Positions 35,929-46,296 of a DNA stretch of 64,000 bases are shown here, in pieces. Position 1 is the first letter of the stretch. The number at the start of each line of letters is the position of its first letter. The notes below the pieces were generated by a model. It searched no databases. It was not told the DNA's origin and saw only the letters and a program-made list of their open reading frames with translations. Source of the DNA: Clostridiales bacterium. GTDB lineage: Bacteria > Bacillota > Clostridia > Lachnospirales > WQUN01. The position numbers and the translations under genes were made by a program. The stretch covers positions 7,028 through 71,027 of the forward strand of contig JAISGK010000102.1 in NCBI GenBank assembly GCA_031263155.1. Reading direction: 5' to 3'.

Positions 35929-36600
35929 TTATCAACAGATTTTTGGCAAAAACTGTTGATAACCCTGTTGATAAAAAAGTTATCAACAGGTAGCCTGTTG
36001 ATAAAAGTTGCAGGAAACAAAATAGTTATTACTACTAGTTTTGAGTTATGAACAGGTTTTTTTAAAAAACTGTTGATAACTTTCAAAAACCTGTTCATAA
36101 CTTTCGTTTTTTGGCCAAAATCTGTTGATAAAAATATTTAAAAATTTTTTTCAAAAAATCAAGAAATTGATGAGGCTTTTTCGACTCAAAATCTCCCGCT
36201 TCGATGTATTTTTTAAAGTTATGAACATTTTTGAGCCAAAAACTGTTGATAACTCAAAAAATCTGTTGATAACTTTTTAGACCCGTACAAAACATCGAAA
36301 TGTTATTAACATTTACCTGTTCATAACTTCAAAACTAATTATTAGAAAATTTTAATCAAAAATAGGTATACTACCAATTCCACACATAAATATATGGCAT
36401 GACTATGGGCCGATACATTAATTTACATATTTTTGACAAATACTACTCATTATTTCGACACTCAAAGATCCTAGGGTGTGATAAAGTTATTAACAGCCCC
36501 TGTTGATAACTTGGCAAGTTATCAACAGGTTAGGGGCAAGTTATCAACAGGCACTTTGCCGTAATTACGCCATTTTCGTGAGTTATGAACAGTATGAACA
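35929..36600. other. oriC DnaA-box cluster in the dnaA-dnaN intergenic region
   Basis: 12 exact TTATCAACA/TGTTGATAA 9-mers at 35929, 35954, 35966, 35980, 35996, 36071, 36123, 36244, 36264, 36501, 36519 and 36541. 5 TTATGAACA/TGTTCATAA at 36046, 36092, 36219, 36318 and 36583. Degenerate copies at 36301, 36487 and 36592. AT-rich tracts lie at ~36130-36175 and 36330-36440. Confidence 0.9.
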
Positions 36601-36619
36601 GCCCCTACTACTACTACTA
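36583..36619 (+). promoter_or_regulatory. Probable origin unwinding module: abutting box pair, GC cluster, then five CTA DnaA-trios
   Basis: TTATGAACA (36583-36591), GTATGAACA (36592-36600), gccc (36601-36604), then CTA x5 (36605-36619). Confidence 0.65.
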
Positions 36620-36813
36620 TAGATCATACATACATTCATACACTCATACACAGCAGCGTGGAAAATAATCTTTCCACCAGTCAGTTAGATCCGTACTGGA
36701 TGTCGAAAGGTCAACTGCTTTTGCCCACTTCATCCACTCGACCACCATAAACAATTGTTCATCCACAGTTTGAACAGATAACCCTCATCAAAAAAAATAC
36801 GGGAGGCTAACAC

Positions 36814-37929
36814 ATGAAAATCTTAATCAACAAAAATCTGCTGCTGGAGAATCTCGCTGTTGTCGGCAAGGCGGTAAGTACACGAGCGCCCATGCCCATT
36901 TTGGAGTGCGTACTCATCAAGGCTCAAGGCTCCTCTGTAAAAGTCTACGGCAATGATTTAGAATTGGGCATCGTATCTGCGGACATGGAAGCGACGGTAG
37001 ATGTACCCGGCTCTGTCGCTATTGAGGCCAAGATGCTGCTGGAGATTGTGCGCAAAATGCCCGATGCGTACATACGCATAGAAACCGACAAGTCGAATGT
37101 GACGCGCCTCAATAGCGGTCGCACAGAGTTTAAAGTGCTGGGTTTAGACGGCGAAGAATTCCCTTTGCCCAATACGAATAGCTCAGATGAGGTATTCGAA
37201 GTAAACGCGTCAGACTTTAAGGACATGATACGGCAAACCATTTTTTCTGTGGCGCAGGATGAGTCCAAGCCGGTTTTAACCGGAGAACTAATAGAGATAA
37301 AAGACGGAGAGCTGCACCTGGTGGCCGTGGATGGATTTCGCATCGCTTATCGTAAAAGCCGCTTGCCAGAATATGATGCGGGAGCATCCTTTAAAGCGGT
37401 GGTACCCGCAAAGACCCTTAACGAGCTTGCCCGCGCGCTCCCTTCCGAAGGCGAAGAAAAACTTAGATTTTATCTATCGGGCAATCAGATTGTATTTGAT
37501 CTGACCAGATATCGTTTTATATCGCGCTTGATAGAGGGCGAGTTTATACGCTATAATCAAATATTTAACGAAGACCATACCACAATGGTTAATATCAGCA
37601 ACCCTATTTTTCTTGACAGCATAGAGCGCGTTTCGCTTATCGCGCGCGACGTTAAAAAATCTCCCGTTAAGTTGAGTATTGGAAACGATATAATTGAGTT
37701 GTCATCTACGGCGGAGATGGGGGTGTCATACGATGAAGCAGCCGCAGATGTAGACGGCAACCCATTGGAGATTGCGTTTAATCCCCGGTTTCTTGCGGAA
37801 GCGCTGCGCGCGATTGGCGATGAAAAAGTGATTTTGCTCTTTACAGCGCCGCTTTCACCGTGTATCATAAAAGGTGCTGATAATCCGGTTTATAAATATC
37901 TCATTTTGCCGCTGCGTATGAAAGGTTAG
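36814..37929 (+). CDS. dnaN: DNA polymerase III beta sliding clamp
   Basis: 371 aa, MKILINKNLLLENL... with the three-domain clamp pattern. Position after dnaA/oriC. RBS GGGAGG. Confidence 0.96.
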   Translation: MKILINKNLLLENLAVVGKAVSTRAPMPILECVLIKAQGSSVKVYGNDLELGIVSADMEATVDVPGSVAIEAKMLLEIVRKMPDAYIRIETDKSNVTRLNSGRTEFKVLGLDGEEFPLPNTNSSDEVFEVNASDFKDMIRQTIFSVAQDESKPVLTGELIEIKDGELHLVAVDGFRIAYRKSRLPEYDAGASFKAVVPAKTLNELARALPSEGEEKLRFYLSGNQIVFDLTRYRFISRLIEGEFIRYNQIFNEDHTTMVNISNPIFLDSIERVSLIARDVKKSPVKLSIGNDIIELSSTAEMGVSYDEAAADVDGNPLEIAFNPRFLAEALRAIGDEKVILLFTAPLSPCIIKGADNPVYKYLILPLRMKG

Positions 37930-37978
37930 CGCGTTACTGTTGATTATGCGGCCCAAAACAAGGCAAAAATAATAAAGG

Positions 37979-39055
37979 GTGCGGAAATTGAGGATACATA
38001 CGGTTTGCGTGACCGGCTTTCGCAATTTGCAGGATGGCGAGCATGAATTGTTCCCTGGTGTTAATATCCTTTTTGGCGACAACGCGCAAGGCAAAACGAA
38101 TTTTTTGGAGGCCGTGTATGTGTGCTCGACCGGACGCTCTCAACGAGGCTCCGCCGATCGGGAAATGATAAATCACGACTTATCAGAATCGCGCGTTCGC
38201 GTAGAAACGGATGATTCGACGCTCATAGACATACATCTGCAACGCGGCGGAAAAAAAAGCGTGGCCATAAATCACCTGCCGACAAAGCGCCTAGGTGATT
38301 TATTTGGCAATCTATTAACCGTCAGTTTTTCTCCGGAAGACTTGAGAATTATAAAACAAGGCCCCAAAGAACGCAGAAGATTTATGGACATGGAGCTTTG
38401 CCAGCTTTCACGTATTTATTACAGCGAATTGCTGTCTTATTACCGCGCGCTTAGACAACGCAATAATCTATTGCGACAAATAAAACAAGAGCGGGCAGAG
38501 CGCGCCACGCTATTTATCTGGAATTCGCAACTCGCGACGCACGGGGCGAAAATATTCGCGCGGCGTAAAGAATTTTGTGAGCTGCTTAATAATATAGCCG
38601 GTAGATTGCACGCCGCGATCACCAACCATAATGAATCGCTTCAAGTAATCTATAAGCCCGACGCCGCGCCCAACGACGTTGAAGAGAGGCTTAACGCCAA
38701 TACCGAACGGGATATAACGCGGGTGAGCACATCTGTTGGTATTCATCGCGACGATATTGAGTTTATCGTAAACGATACAAATTGCCGCGTATACGGTTCG
38801 CAAGGGCAGCAACGGACTGCCGCGCTTTCCGCCAAGCTGGCGGAAATGGAGATAATAAAACAAACAAAGAATAAAAATCCCATACTACTGCTGGATGATG
38901 TGCTATCAGAACTGGACATAAACAGGCAAAGGTATCTCCTTGACAGCATAAGCGGCAGTCAGGTTATCATGACTCTTACTGGTATGGAAGATATAAAGCG
39001 GTTCGCGCCGGCAGACGCGAGAATAATGGCGGTTAAGCAGGGGAGTATCACATAA
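37979..39055 (+). CDS. recF: DNA replication and repair protein RecF
   Basis: NFRN-like GFRNL, Walker A GDNAQGKTN, signature-like SQGQQRT, Walker B ILLLDDV. Confidence 0.93.
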   Translation: MRKLRIHTVCVTGFRNLQDGEHELFPGVNILFGDNAQGKTNFLEAVYVCSTGRSQRGSADREMINHDLSESRVRVETDDSTLIDIHLQRGGKKSVAINHLPTKRLGDLFGNLLTVSFSPEDLRIIKQGPKERRRFMDMELCQLSRIYYSELLSYYRALRQRNNLLRQIKQERAERATLFIWNSQLATHGAKIFARRKEFCELLNNIAGRLHAAITNHNESLQVIYKPDAAPNDVEERLNANTERDITRVSTSVGIHRDDIEFIVNDTNCRVYGSQGQQRTAALSAKLAEMEIIKQTKNKNPILLLDDVLSELDINRQRYLLDSISGSQVIMTLTGMEDIKRFAPADARIMAVKQGSIT

Positions 39056-39084
39056 CTCCCCCAATCGTTAGCGTTACATGCTAG

Positions 39085-41010
<1,926 letters not shown>

Positions 41011-41095
41011 GGGCCATTTGTCATCATCCACATTGATTAAGTGTTTACAAAATAAAAACATAGGATGTTAACAAACCTCAGGGAAAGGATATCTC

Positions 41096-43588
41096 ATGGA
41101 CGGTGAAAGTTTAGACAAAGTGCTGGAAGTTAATCTCGAATCAGAGATGCGTGAGTCGTATATCGATTATGCCATGAGCGTTATTGTAGCGCGCGCGCTC
41201 CCCGATGTGCGCGACGGCCTAAAGCCTGTTCACAGGCGCATCTTATACGCCATGAACGAGCTTAACCTTGATCCGTCCAAAGCGCATAAAAAGTCCGCCC
41301 GCATAGTTGGCGACACGATGGGTAAGTATCACCCGCATGGCGAAAGCAGCATATACGACGCTATGGTGCGTATGGCGCAGGATTTTAGCACACGCTATCT
41401 ATTGGTGGATGGCCACGGCAATTTTGGGAGTATGGACGGAGACATGGCCGCCGCGCAAAGATACACAGAGGCGCGCCTTTCGCGCATATCGATGGAACTC
41501 CTGGGCGACATAGAAAAGCAAACGGTAGACTTTACCCCCAATTATGACGGTGAGTTTGAAGAGCCGGCTGTGCTTCCCTCGCGCTTTCCCAATCTATTGG
41601 TTAACGGATCATCGGGCATAGCGGTTAGCATGGCGACTAACATACCGCCGCATAACCTGGCCGAATGTTGCGACGCCATTGTCCTTATGCTTAACGCGCA
41701 GATAGAAGGCCGCGAGACAGAGATCGAAGAGATTATGGACATCATAAAGGGGCCGGATTTTCCCACCGGCGCGTCCATTCTTGGCACAGAGGGAATAAGG
41801 CAGGCGTACCTCACGGGCAGGGGCAAGATCATAGTGCGCGCCACTGCGGAAATAACGCGTATAGGTAATCGTGACGCCATACTGGTATCTGAGGTGCCTT
41901 ACCAGGCCAACAAGGCCAAGATTGTGGAAAGAATCGCGGAGTTGGTAAGAGAGCGCAGGATAGAGGGCATTTCGGACATTCGCGACGAGAGTAACCGCGA
42001 AGGCGTTCGTGTAGTTATAGAGATGACAAAGAACGCCGACGCGAATGTTATTCTCAACAGGCTTTATAAATACTCGCCCCTGCAAGACACATTCGGCGTG
42101 ATAATGCTCGCGCTGGTAGGCAAGGAAGCCAAGGTTCTCAACCTAAAACAGATTTTGACGCACTATATAGATCACCAAAAGGATGTTGTGCTGCGCCGAA
42201 CGCGATACGAGCTGGAACGCGCGAAAAAGCGTGAACACATTTTAGAGGGCTTGCTGGTCGCGTTGGATCATATTGACGAAGTCATATCGATTATTCGCTC
42301 ATCCAAGACGGGAGCGGAGGCGGAAGTTAGCCTGAGAGATAAATTCGCTCTATCGGAGGAACAAGCGCGGGCAATTGTCGATATGCGCCTTAGAGCATTA
42401 ACGGGTCTTGAGCGCGAGCGACTCGAGAATGAATACAGCGAGCTAAAACGGACAATAGCCGAATTGGAGCGCATTTTGAATGACGAGCACAGATTGTTCG
42501 AAGTCATTCGAGACGATATTATTGTTATTCGAGACAAGTACGGCGACGAGCGCAAAACGAAGATTCTATCCGACACGGGCGAGATTGTGACGGACGAATT
42601 AATACCGGAAGAAGACAGTGTAATAACCCTAACCTCTTTGGATTATGTAAAGCGATTGCCTTTAGAGACCTATAAAAGCCAGCGGCGCGGCGGCAAGGGC
42701 ATAATGGGGATGCAAACCCGCGACGAAGATATTATTAAAAACCTGTTTGTGGCCAACTCGCATGATACGTTGCTATTCTTTACGAACAAAGGGAAGGCGT
42801 TTGGCATAAAAGCTTTCGAACTGCCTTCCAGTGGTCGCACGGCAAAGGGCATGGCCATAGTTAACATGCTTGGCCTGAAAGAGGGCGAACGCATTGCCGA
42901 TGTTATCCCTATAGGCCTAAACGCCAATGACGGCATCGCGTTGCTTACAAGGCGCGGTATCGTTAAAAAGACTGCGGCAGCCAAATTTGCCAACATTAAC
43001 AAGGCGGGCAAAATTGCCATGACAGTCGCCGACGGGGATGAAATAATATCAGCTCTTCGTATTAGAGACGGTCAAGAGATATTTGTGGCTACGTCGTTGG
43101 GGATGGGTATTCGTTTTAACGTTAGCGAGGTAAGGCAGATGGGCCGCACGGCGGCGGGAGTAAAGGCCATAGTGCTAAAGGAGGGTGATTATGTCGTATC
43201 AGCTGGTGTGATCACAGACGAGACATGCCTGCTATTTGTAAGCGAAAACGGAATGGGCAAATGCACGCCTATCAAGGATTTTCGCGTGCAAGGGCGGCGC
43301 GGCATAGGCTTGCACGCCTATAGAGTGACGGAAAAGACCGGGCGCGTCGCCAATGTTTGCGCCGTTAAAGAAAACGAAGAGCTTATGTTGATTAACAGCG
43401 AGGGCAATGTAATACGCATACGCGCGGCGGATATATCGGTGCAAGGCCGGGCCGCCTCTGGCGTGAGGTTATTTAATATGGACGAGGGCGTCACTGTGGC
43501 CGGTGTGGCAAAGATCGCCGAAGACATGTTGATATCGCGCGAAAAGTCTGCCGACGAGCCGTTATACGACTCCAACGAAGAGATTTAA
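41096..43588 (+). CDS. gyrA: DNA gyrase subunit A
   Basis: [27 protein letters not shown], active-site [10 protein letters not shown], a long beta-pinwheel CTD, and an acidic tail. Confidence 0.97.
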   Translation: MDGESLDKVLEVNLESEMRESYIDYAMSVIVARALPDVRDGLKPVHRRILYAMNELNLDPSKAHKKSARIVGDTMGKYHPHGESSIYDAMVRMAQDFSTRYLLVDGHGNFGSMDGDMAAAQRYTEARLSRISMELLGDIEKQTVDFTPNYDGEFEEPAVLPSRFPNLLVNGSSGIAVSMATNIPPHNLAECCDAIVLMLNAQIEGRETEIEEIMDIIKGPDFPTGASILGTEGIRQAYLTGRGKIIVRATAEITRIGNRDAILVSEVPYQANKAKIVERIAELVRERRIEGISDIRDESNREGVRVVIEMTKNADANVILNRLYKYSPLQDTFGVIMLALVGKEAKVLNLKQILTHYIDHQKDVVLRRTRYELERAKKREHILEGLLVALDHIDEVISIIRSSKTGAEAEVSLRDKFALSEEQARAIVDMRLRALTGLERERLENEYSELKRTIAELERILNDEHRLFEVIRDDIIVIRDKYGDERKTKILSDTGEIVTDELIPEEDSVITLTSLDYVKRLPLETYKSQRRGGKGIMGMQTRDEDIIKNLFVANSHDTLLFFTNKGKAFGIKAFELPSSGRTAKGMAIVNMLGLKEGERIADVIPIGLNANDGIALLTRRGIVKKTAAAKFANINKAGKIAMTVADGDEIISALRIRDGQEIFVATSLGMGIRFNVSEVRQMGRTAAGVKAIVLKEGDYVVSAGVITDETCLLFVSENGMGKCTPIKDFRVQGRRGIGLHAYRVTEKTGRVANVCAVKENEELMLINSEGNVIRIRAADISVQGRAASGVRLFNMDEGVTVAGVAKIAEDMLISREKSADEPLYDSNEEI

Positions 43589-43679
43589 CAAAAGAGATTT
43601 AGCGTTAAACCTTTAAACGTGCGTTTTCAAATCCGGCAGGTACAATACCCGTCGGATGAAATAGCCAGCATATGTGATG

Positions 43680-43853
43680 TCGTAGGGGCGCGCATTGCGC
43701 GCCCGTGGGCCTTTCCAAGCCTTTTTTACGCCCTTTGGCTCCTTTTTACACCTCTACGATATCGGGGAACCGGGCGGCTGTCGGGTGACTTTCTTTTTGG
43801 CCTGGTTATCGGGCGGTTGTCGGGTGCGGGCGCGCACTGCGCGCTCCCTACGA
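43680..43853. repeat. ~175-bp palindromic (MITE/REP-like) element 3' of gyrA
   Basis: Terminal inverted repeats tcgtaggggcgcgcattgcgcgcccg (43680-43705) and cgggcgcgcactgcgcgctccctacga (43827-43853). Each is itself a GC hairpin. Internal 17-nt direct repeats cgggcggctgtcgggtg and cgggcggttgtcgggtg lie at 43771 and 43810. Confidence 0.65.
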
Positions 43854-43968
43854 AAGTAAAATCCTTTTGTGAAAACGCGCTGTCGATAGTTTTTTAAAAT
43901 ATGAGATGGACAAATTAAGCACGATGGTGTATCATGAACGCAGAGTAGATGTGGGGGGATTTATAAAT

Positions 43969-45042
43969 ATGTCGAGGCGTGGGTTATACGCGGCTTTGAT
44001 GATCGTTGCGCTCATATGTTCAGTTACCGTGACGACAAGAGCGAGCGTGCTTTCTGCCGGAGGGCCAGATGTCGTTATTGACGGCGTTAATTTGTCTCAG
44101 GTTTCATTTCCGGTAGCATATGCGCGGCTTAATCAAAAGGCCCAAGAGTTTACAAGGAACTTTGAAATTAAGGTTATCATAAACAGCAAAGAATATTACA
44201 TACATTCGAACGACATTAACATATCCACGGCGGGCGCAAAGCAGTTGCGCGATATTTGGTATGGGGTTAACGCTCTACCGCCCGGCGCGGTCGTTCCGCT
44301 TGATTATGCTTATGACGAGGACGCGTTAAACACCAGGGCGGACGAAATCATTGCCGAACTGTACAAGGATGTTACCCCAGAAAGCGAAATGGCAAAAGTA
44401 TTTAACTCTGAAACCAAAAAGTTGCAGGTGGATGGATCTAAAAACTATATCATTGGCTACGATCTTAAACCAGATGAATTTAAGTTGCAACTTGAGGGCA
44501 AGGTAGAGTCCGCTACGCGAGATAGCGCGGGTTATAAATCTGCGCTTAATATAAAGACCAACCCTGTGCGCACTGCCGGGAACAACGCGCCGACTTATGA
44601 CTTGCTGGGTACATATACTACATACACCACTAATGTCGCCAACCGCAACGAAAATATTCGACTCGCGTCCGAAATAATATCGGGCAAGATGCTTCAGCCG
44701 GGCGAGGTGTTTTCGTACTATGGGGTGCTGGGACGCGTGTCTGCGGCCCGTGGCTTTAAAGAAGCCGGCATATTGGTTAACGGGCAGCCGGACACTGGTA
44801 TCGGTGGAGGCATATGCCAGGTGAGCAGTACGCTGTACAATGCGTGCTTGGAAGCGGGTATGCAAATAGTCGAGCGCCACGCCCACTCAAGGGATGTGGG
44901 ATATGTTCCGCATGGAAAAGACGCGACTGTAGCTTGGCCAAGCTTGGACTATAAGTTTCGTAATAACACAGCCAATAGCCTGTACGTCATTTTGAATTAT
45001 AATAATCGCACGCTTACAGCGTCGTTGTATGGGAAAAGATAA
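43969..45042 (+). CDS. VanW-family protein with an N-terminal membrane anchor
   Basis: GGGICQVSSTLYNACLEAGM...ERHAHS (VanW domain). I place the start at ATG 43969 after GTGGGGGG; the longer track ORF starts at 43906. Confidence 0.8.
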   Translation: MSRRGLYAALMIVALICSVTVTTRASVLSAGGPDVVIDGVNLSQVSFPVAYARLNQKAQEFTRNFEIKVIINSKEYYIHSNDINISTAGAKQLRDIWYGVNALPPGAVVPLDYAYDEDALNTRADEIIAELYKDVTPESEMAKVFNSETKKLQVDGSKNYIIGYDLKPDEFKLQLEGKVESATRDSAGYKSALNIKTNPVRTAGNNAPTYDLLGTYTTYTTNVANRNENIRLASEIISGKMLQPGEVFSYYGVLGRVSAARGFKEAGILVNGQPDTGIGGGICQVSSTLYNACLEAGMQIVERHAHSRDVGYVPHGKDATVAWPSLDYKFRNNTANSLYVILNYNNRTLTASLYGKR

Positions 45043-45062
45043 GTAGCGAGGTGGGTTTGACC

Positions 45063-46193
45063 ATGTCAGACAAAAAAAGGATAGCGATCATTGGGTGCGG
45101 AGGCATGGGAGCCGGCCACGCCATAGCCATTGCGAGCGGTACGGGTATAGCCATGTGGTTTCCCAAAGGCATGAGCGAAGCCTTGGTGAAGAACGACGAC
45201 CAGCACTCCACAAATATCTCCAATAGGCTTGAGCTGGCTGGGGTGTACGATATAGACCCCGCAAGGAATGAATGGGCGGCGGCGCAGGGATTTAGCGTGT
45301 ATGACAGCTTTAACGCAGTGTTGAATGACAATAGCGTGGACATTGTATTGATAGCCACGCCCAACCACCTGCACAAGGATATGGCAATAGCATCCATGCG
45401 CGCCGGTAAGCATGTATTGTGTGAAAAACCGGTAACTGTAACCTCCGCCGAGCTGGAAGAGGTTATAGTGGTGGCCAAAGAGACCGGTAAGGTGTTTTAC
45501 CCCAGGCAGAACCGCAGGTGGGACGAGGACTTTTTGATTATAAAAAAGATTTACAATGAAAACCTTGTCGGCAAAACGTTTAACATTGAGAGCCGTGTTA
45601 TGGGCAGTCGTGGCATACCTGGCGACTGGCGCGGAGTAAAAGCGTCTGGCGGGGGTATGATGCTGGATTGGGGCGTTCATCTGCTGGATCGTATCCTGCT
45701 AATGGTGCCCGAAAAAGTAAAGCGCGTATATTGCAATATGACCTATATAAAGAACGATGAATGTGACGACGGCTTTAAGTTGCAACTTGTTTTTGAAAGC
45801 GGGCTTACGGTATCGGTAGAAGTGGGTACATGCCATTTTATAAACCACCCAATTTGGTATATCGCGGGCGATCAGGGTACTGCGGTAATAGAAGATTGGA
45901 AAGGACACGGCAAGTTGGTCGTGCTCAAAAGCTGGCAGGATAAAGACGCAAAGCCCATACTCGCGGGCGAGGGCCTTACAAAAACTATGGCGCCGCGTGA
46001 GCGGGATTCGGTTGAAGAGCATCCTCTGCCCGATGTGGCATATGACAAGAATACACTGTACCTAAATCTGGCGGACGTGATAGACGGCAAAGCGGAGCAG
46101 ATAGTAACCGCCGAGCAGGCTCTTAGAGTGCTAAAACTTATGGAGGCCGCCTTTAAAAGCTCTGAAACGGGCGAAGTGGCGCGTTTTGAATAA
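45063..46193 (+). CDS. Gfo/Idh/MocA-family NAD(P)-dependent oxidoreductase
   Basis: RIAIIGCGGMG Rossmann motif and VLCEKP motif. ATG at 45063 (MSDKKR...). Confidence 0.85.
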   Translation: MSDKKRIAIIGCGGMGAGHAIAIASGTGIAMWFPKGMSEALVKNDDQHSTNISNRLELAGVYDIDPARNEWAAAQGFSVYDSFNAVLNDNSVDIVLIATPNHLHKDMAIASMRAGKHVLCEKPVTVTSAELEEVIVVAKETGKVFYPRQNRRWDEDFLIIKKIYNENLVGKTFNIESRVMGSRGIPGDWRGVKASGGGMMLDWGVHLLDRILLMVPEKVKRVYCNMTYIKNDECDDGFKLQLVFESGLTVSVEVGTCHFINHPIWYIAGDQGTAVIEDWKGHGKLVVLKSWQDKDAKPILAGEGLTKTMAPRERDSVEEHPLPDVAYDKNTLYLNLADVIDGKAEQIVTAEQALRVLKLMEAAFKSSETGEVARFE

Positions 46194-46203
46194 ATATGGC
46201 GGT

Positions 46204-46239
46204 CAAAGGGTGGCGATGCCATCCTTTGTTTGCTTTTTT
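46204..46239 (+). terminator. Rho-independent terminator after the oxidoreductase gene
   Basis: caaagggtggc-gat-gccatcctttg forms an 11-bp stem (1 G-U pair) followed by tttgcttttttg. Confidence 0.65.
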
Positions 46240-46241
46240 GC

Positions 46242-46270
46242 TTGCCTGCGACAAATTGTTGCGGTATACT
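46242..46270 (+). promoter_or_regulatory. Candidate sigma-A promoter of the second topoisomerase operon
   Basis: TTGCCT, a 17-nt spacer, then TATACT. The -10 ends 27 nt before the ATG at 46297. Confidence 0.45.
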
Positions 46271-46296
46271 TTTAGGAAAGGGCAATTGGAGGCGGT

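Noticed and set aside
35929-36600. A dense array of short repeats that could superficially be taken for a CRISPR array or mini-satellite.
   Set aside because: The repeats are only 9-12 nt, occur in both orientations and have irregular spacing. They match the DnaA-box pattern between dnaA and dnaN, and no cas genes are present.
43619-43897. A 92-aa plus-strand ORF after gyrA.
   Set aside because: It reads straight through the palindromic GC-rich element. It is Arg/Gly/Leu/Pro-rich as expected from repeat translation, has a GTG-type start and lacks an RBS.
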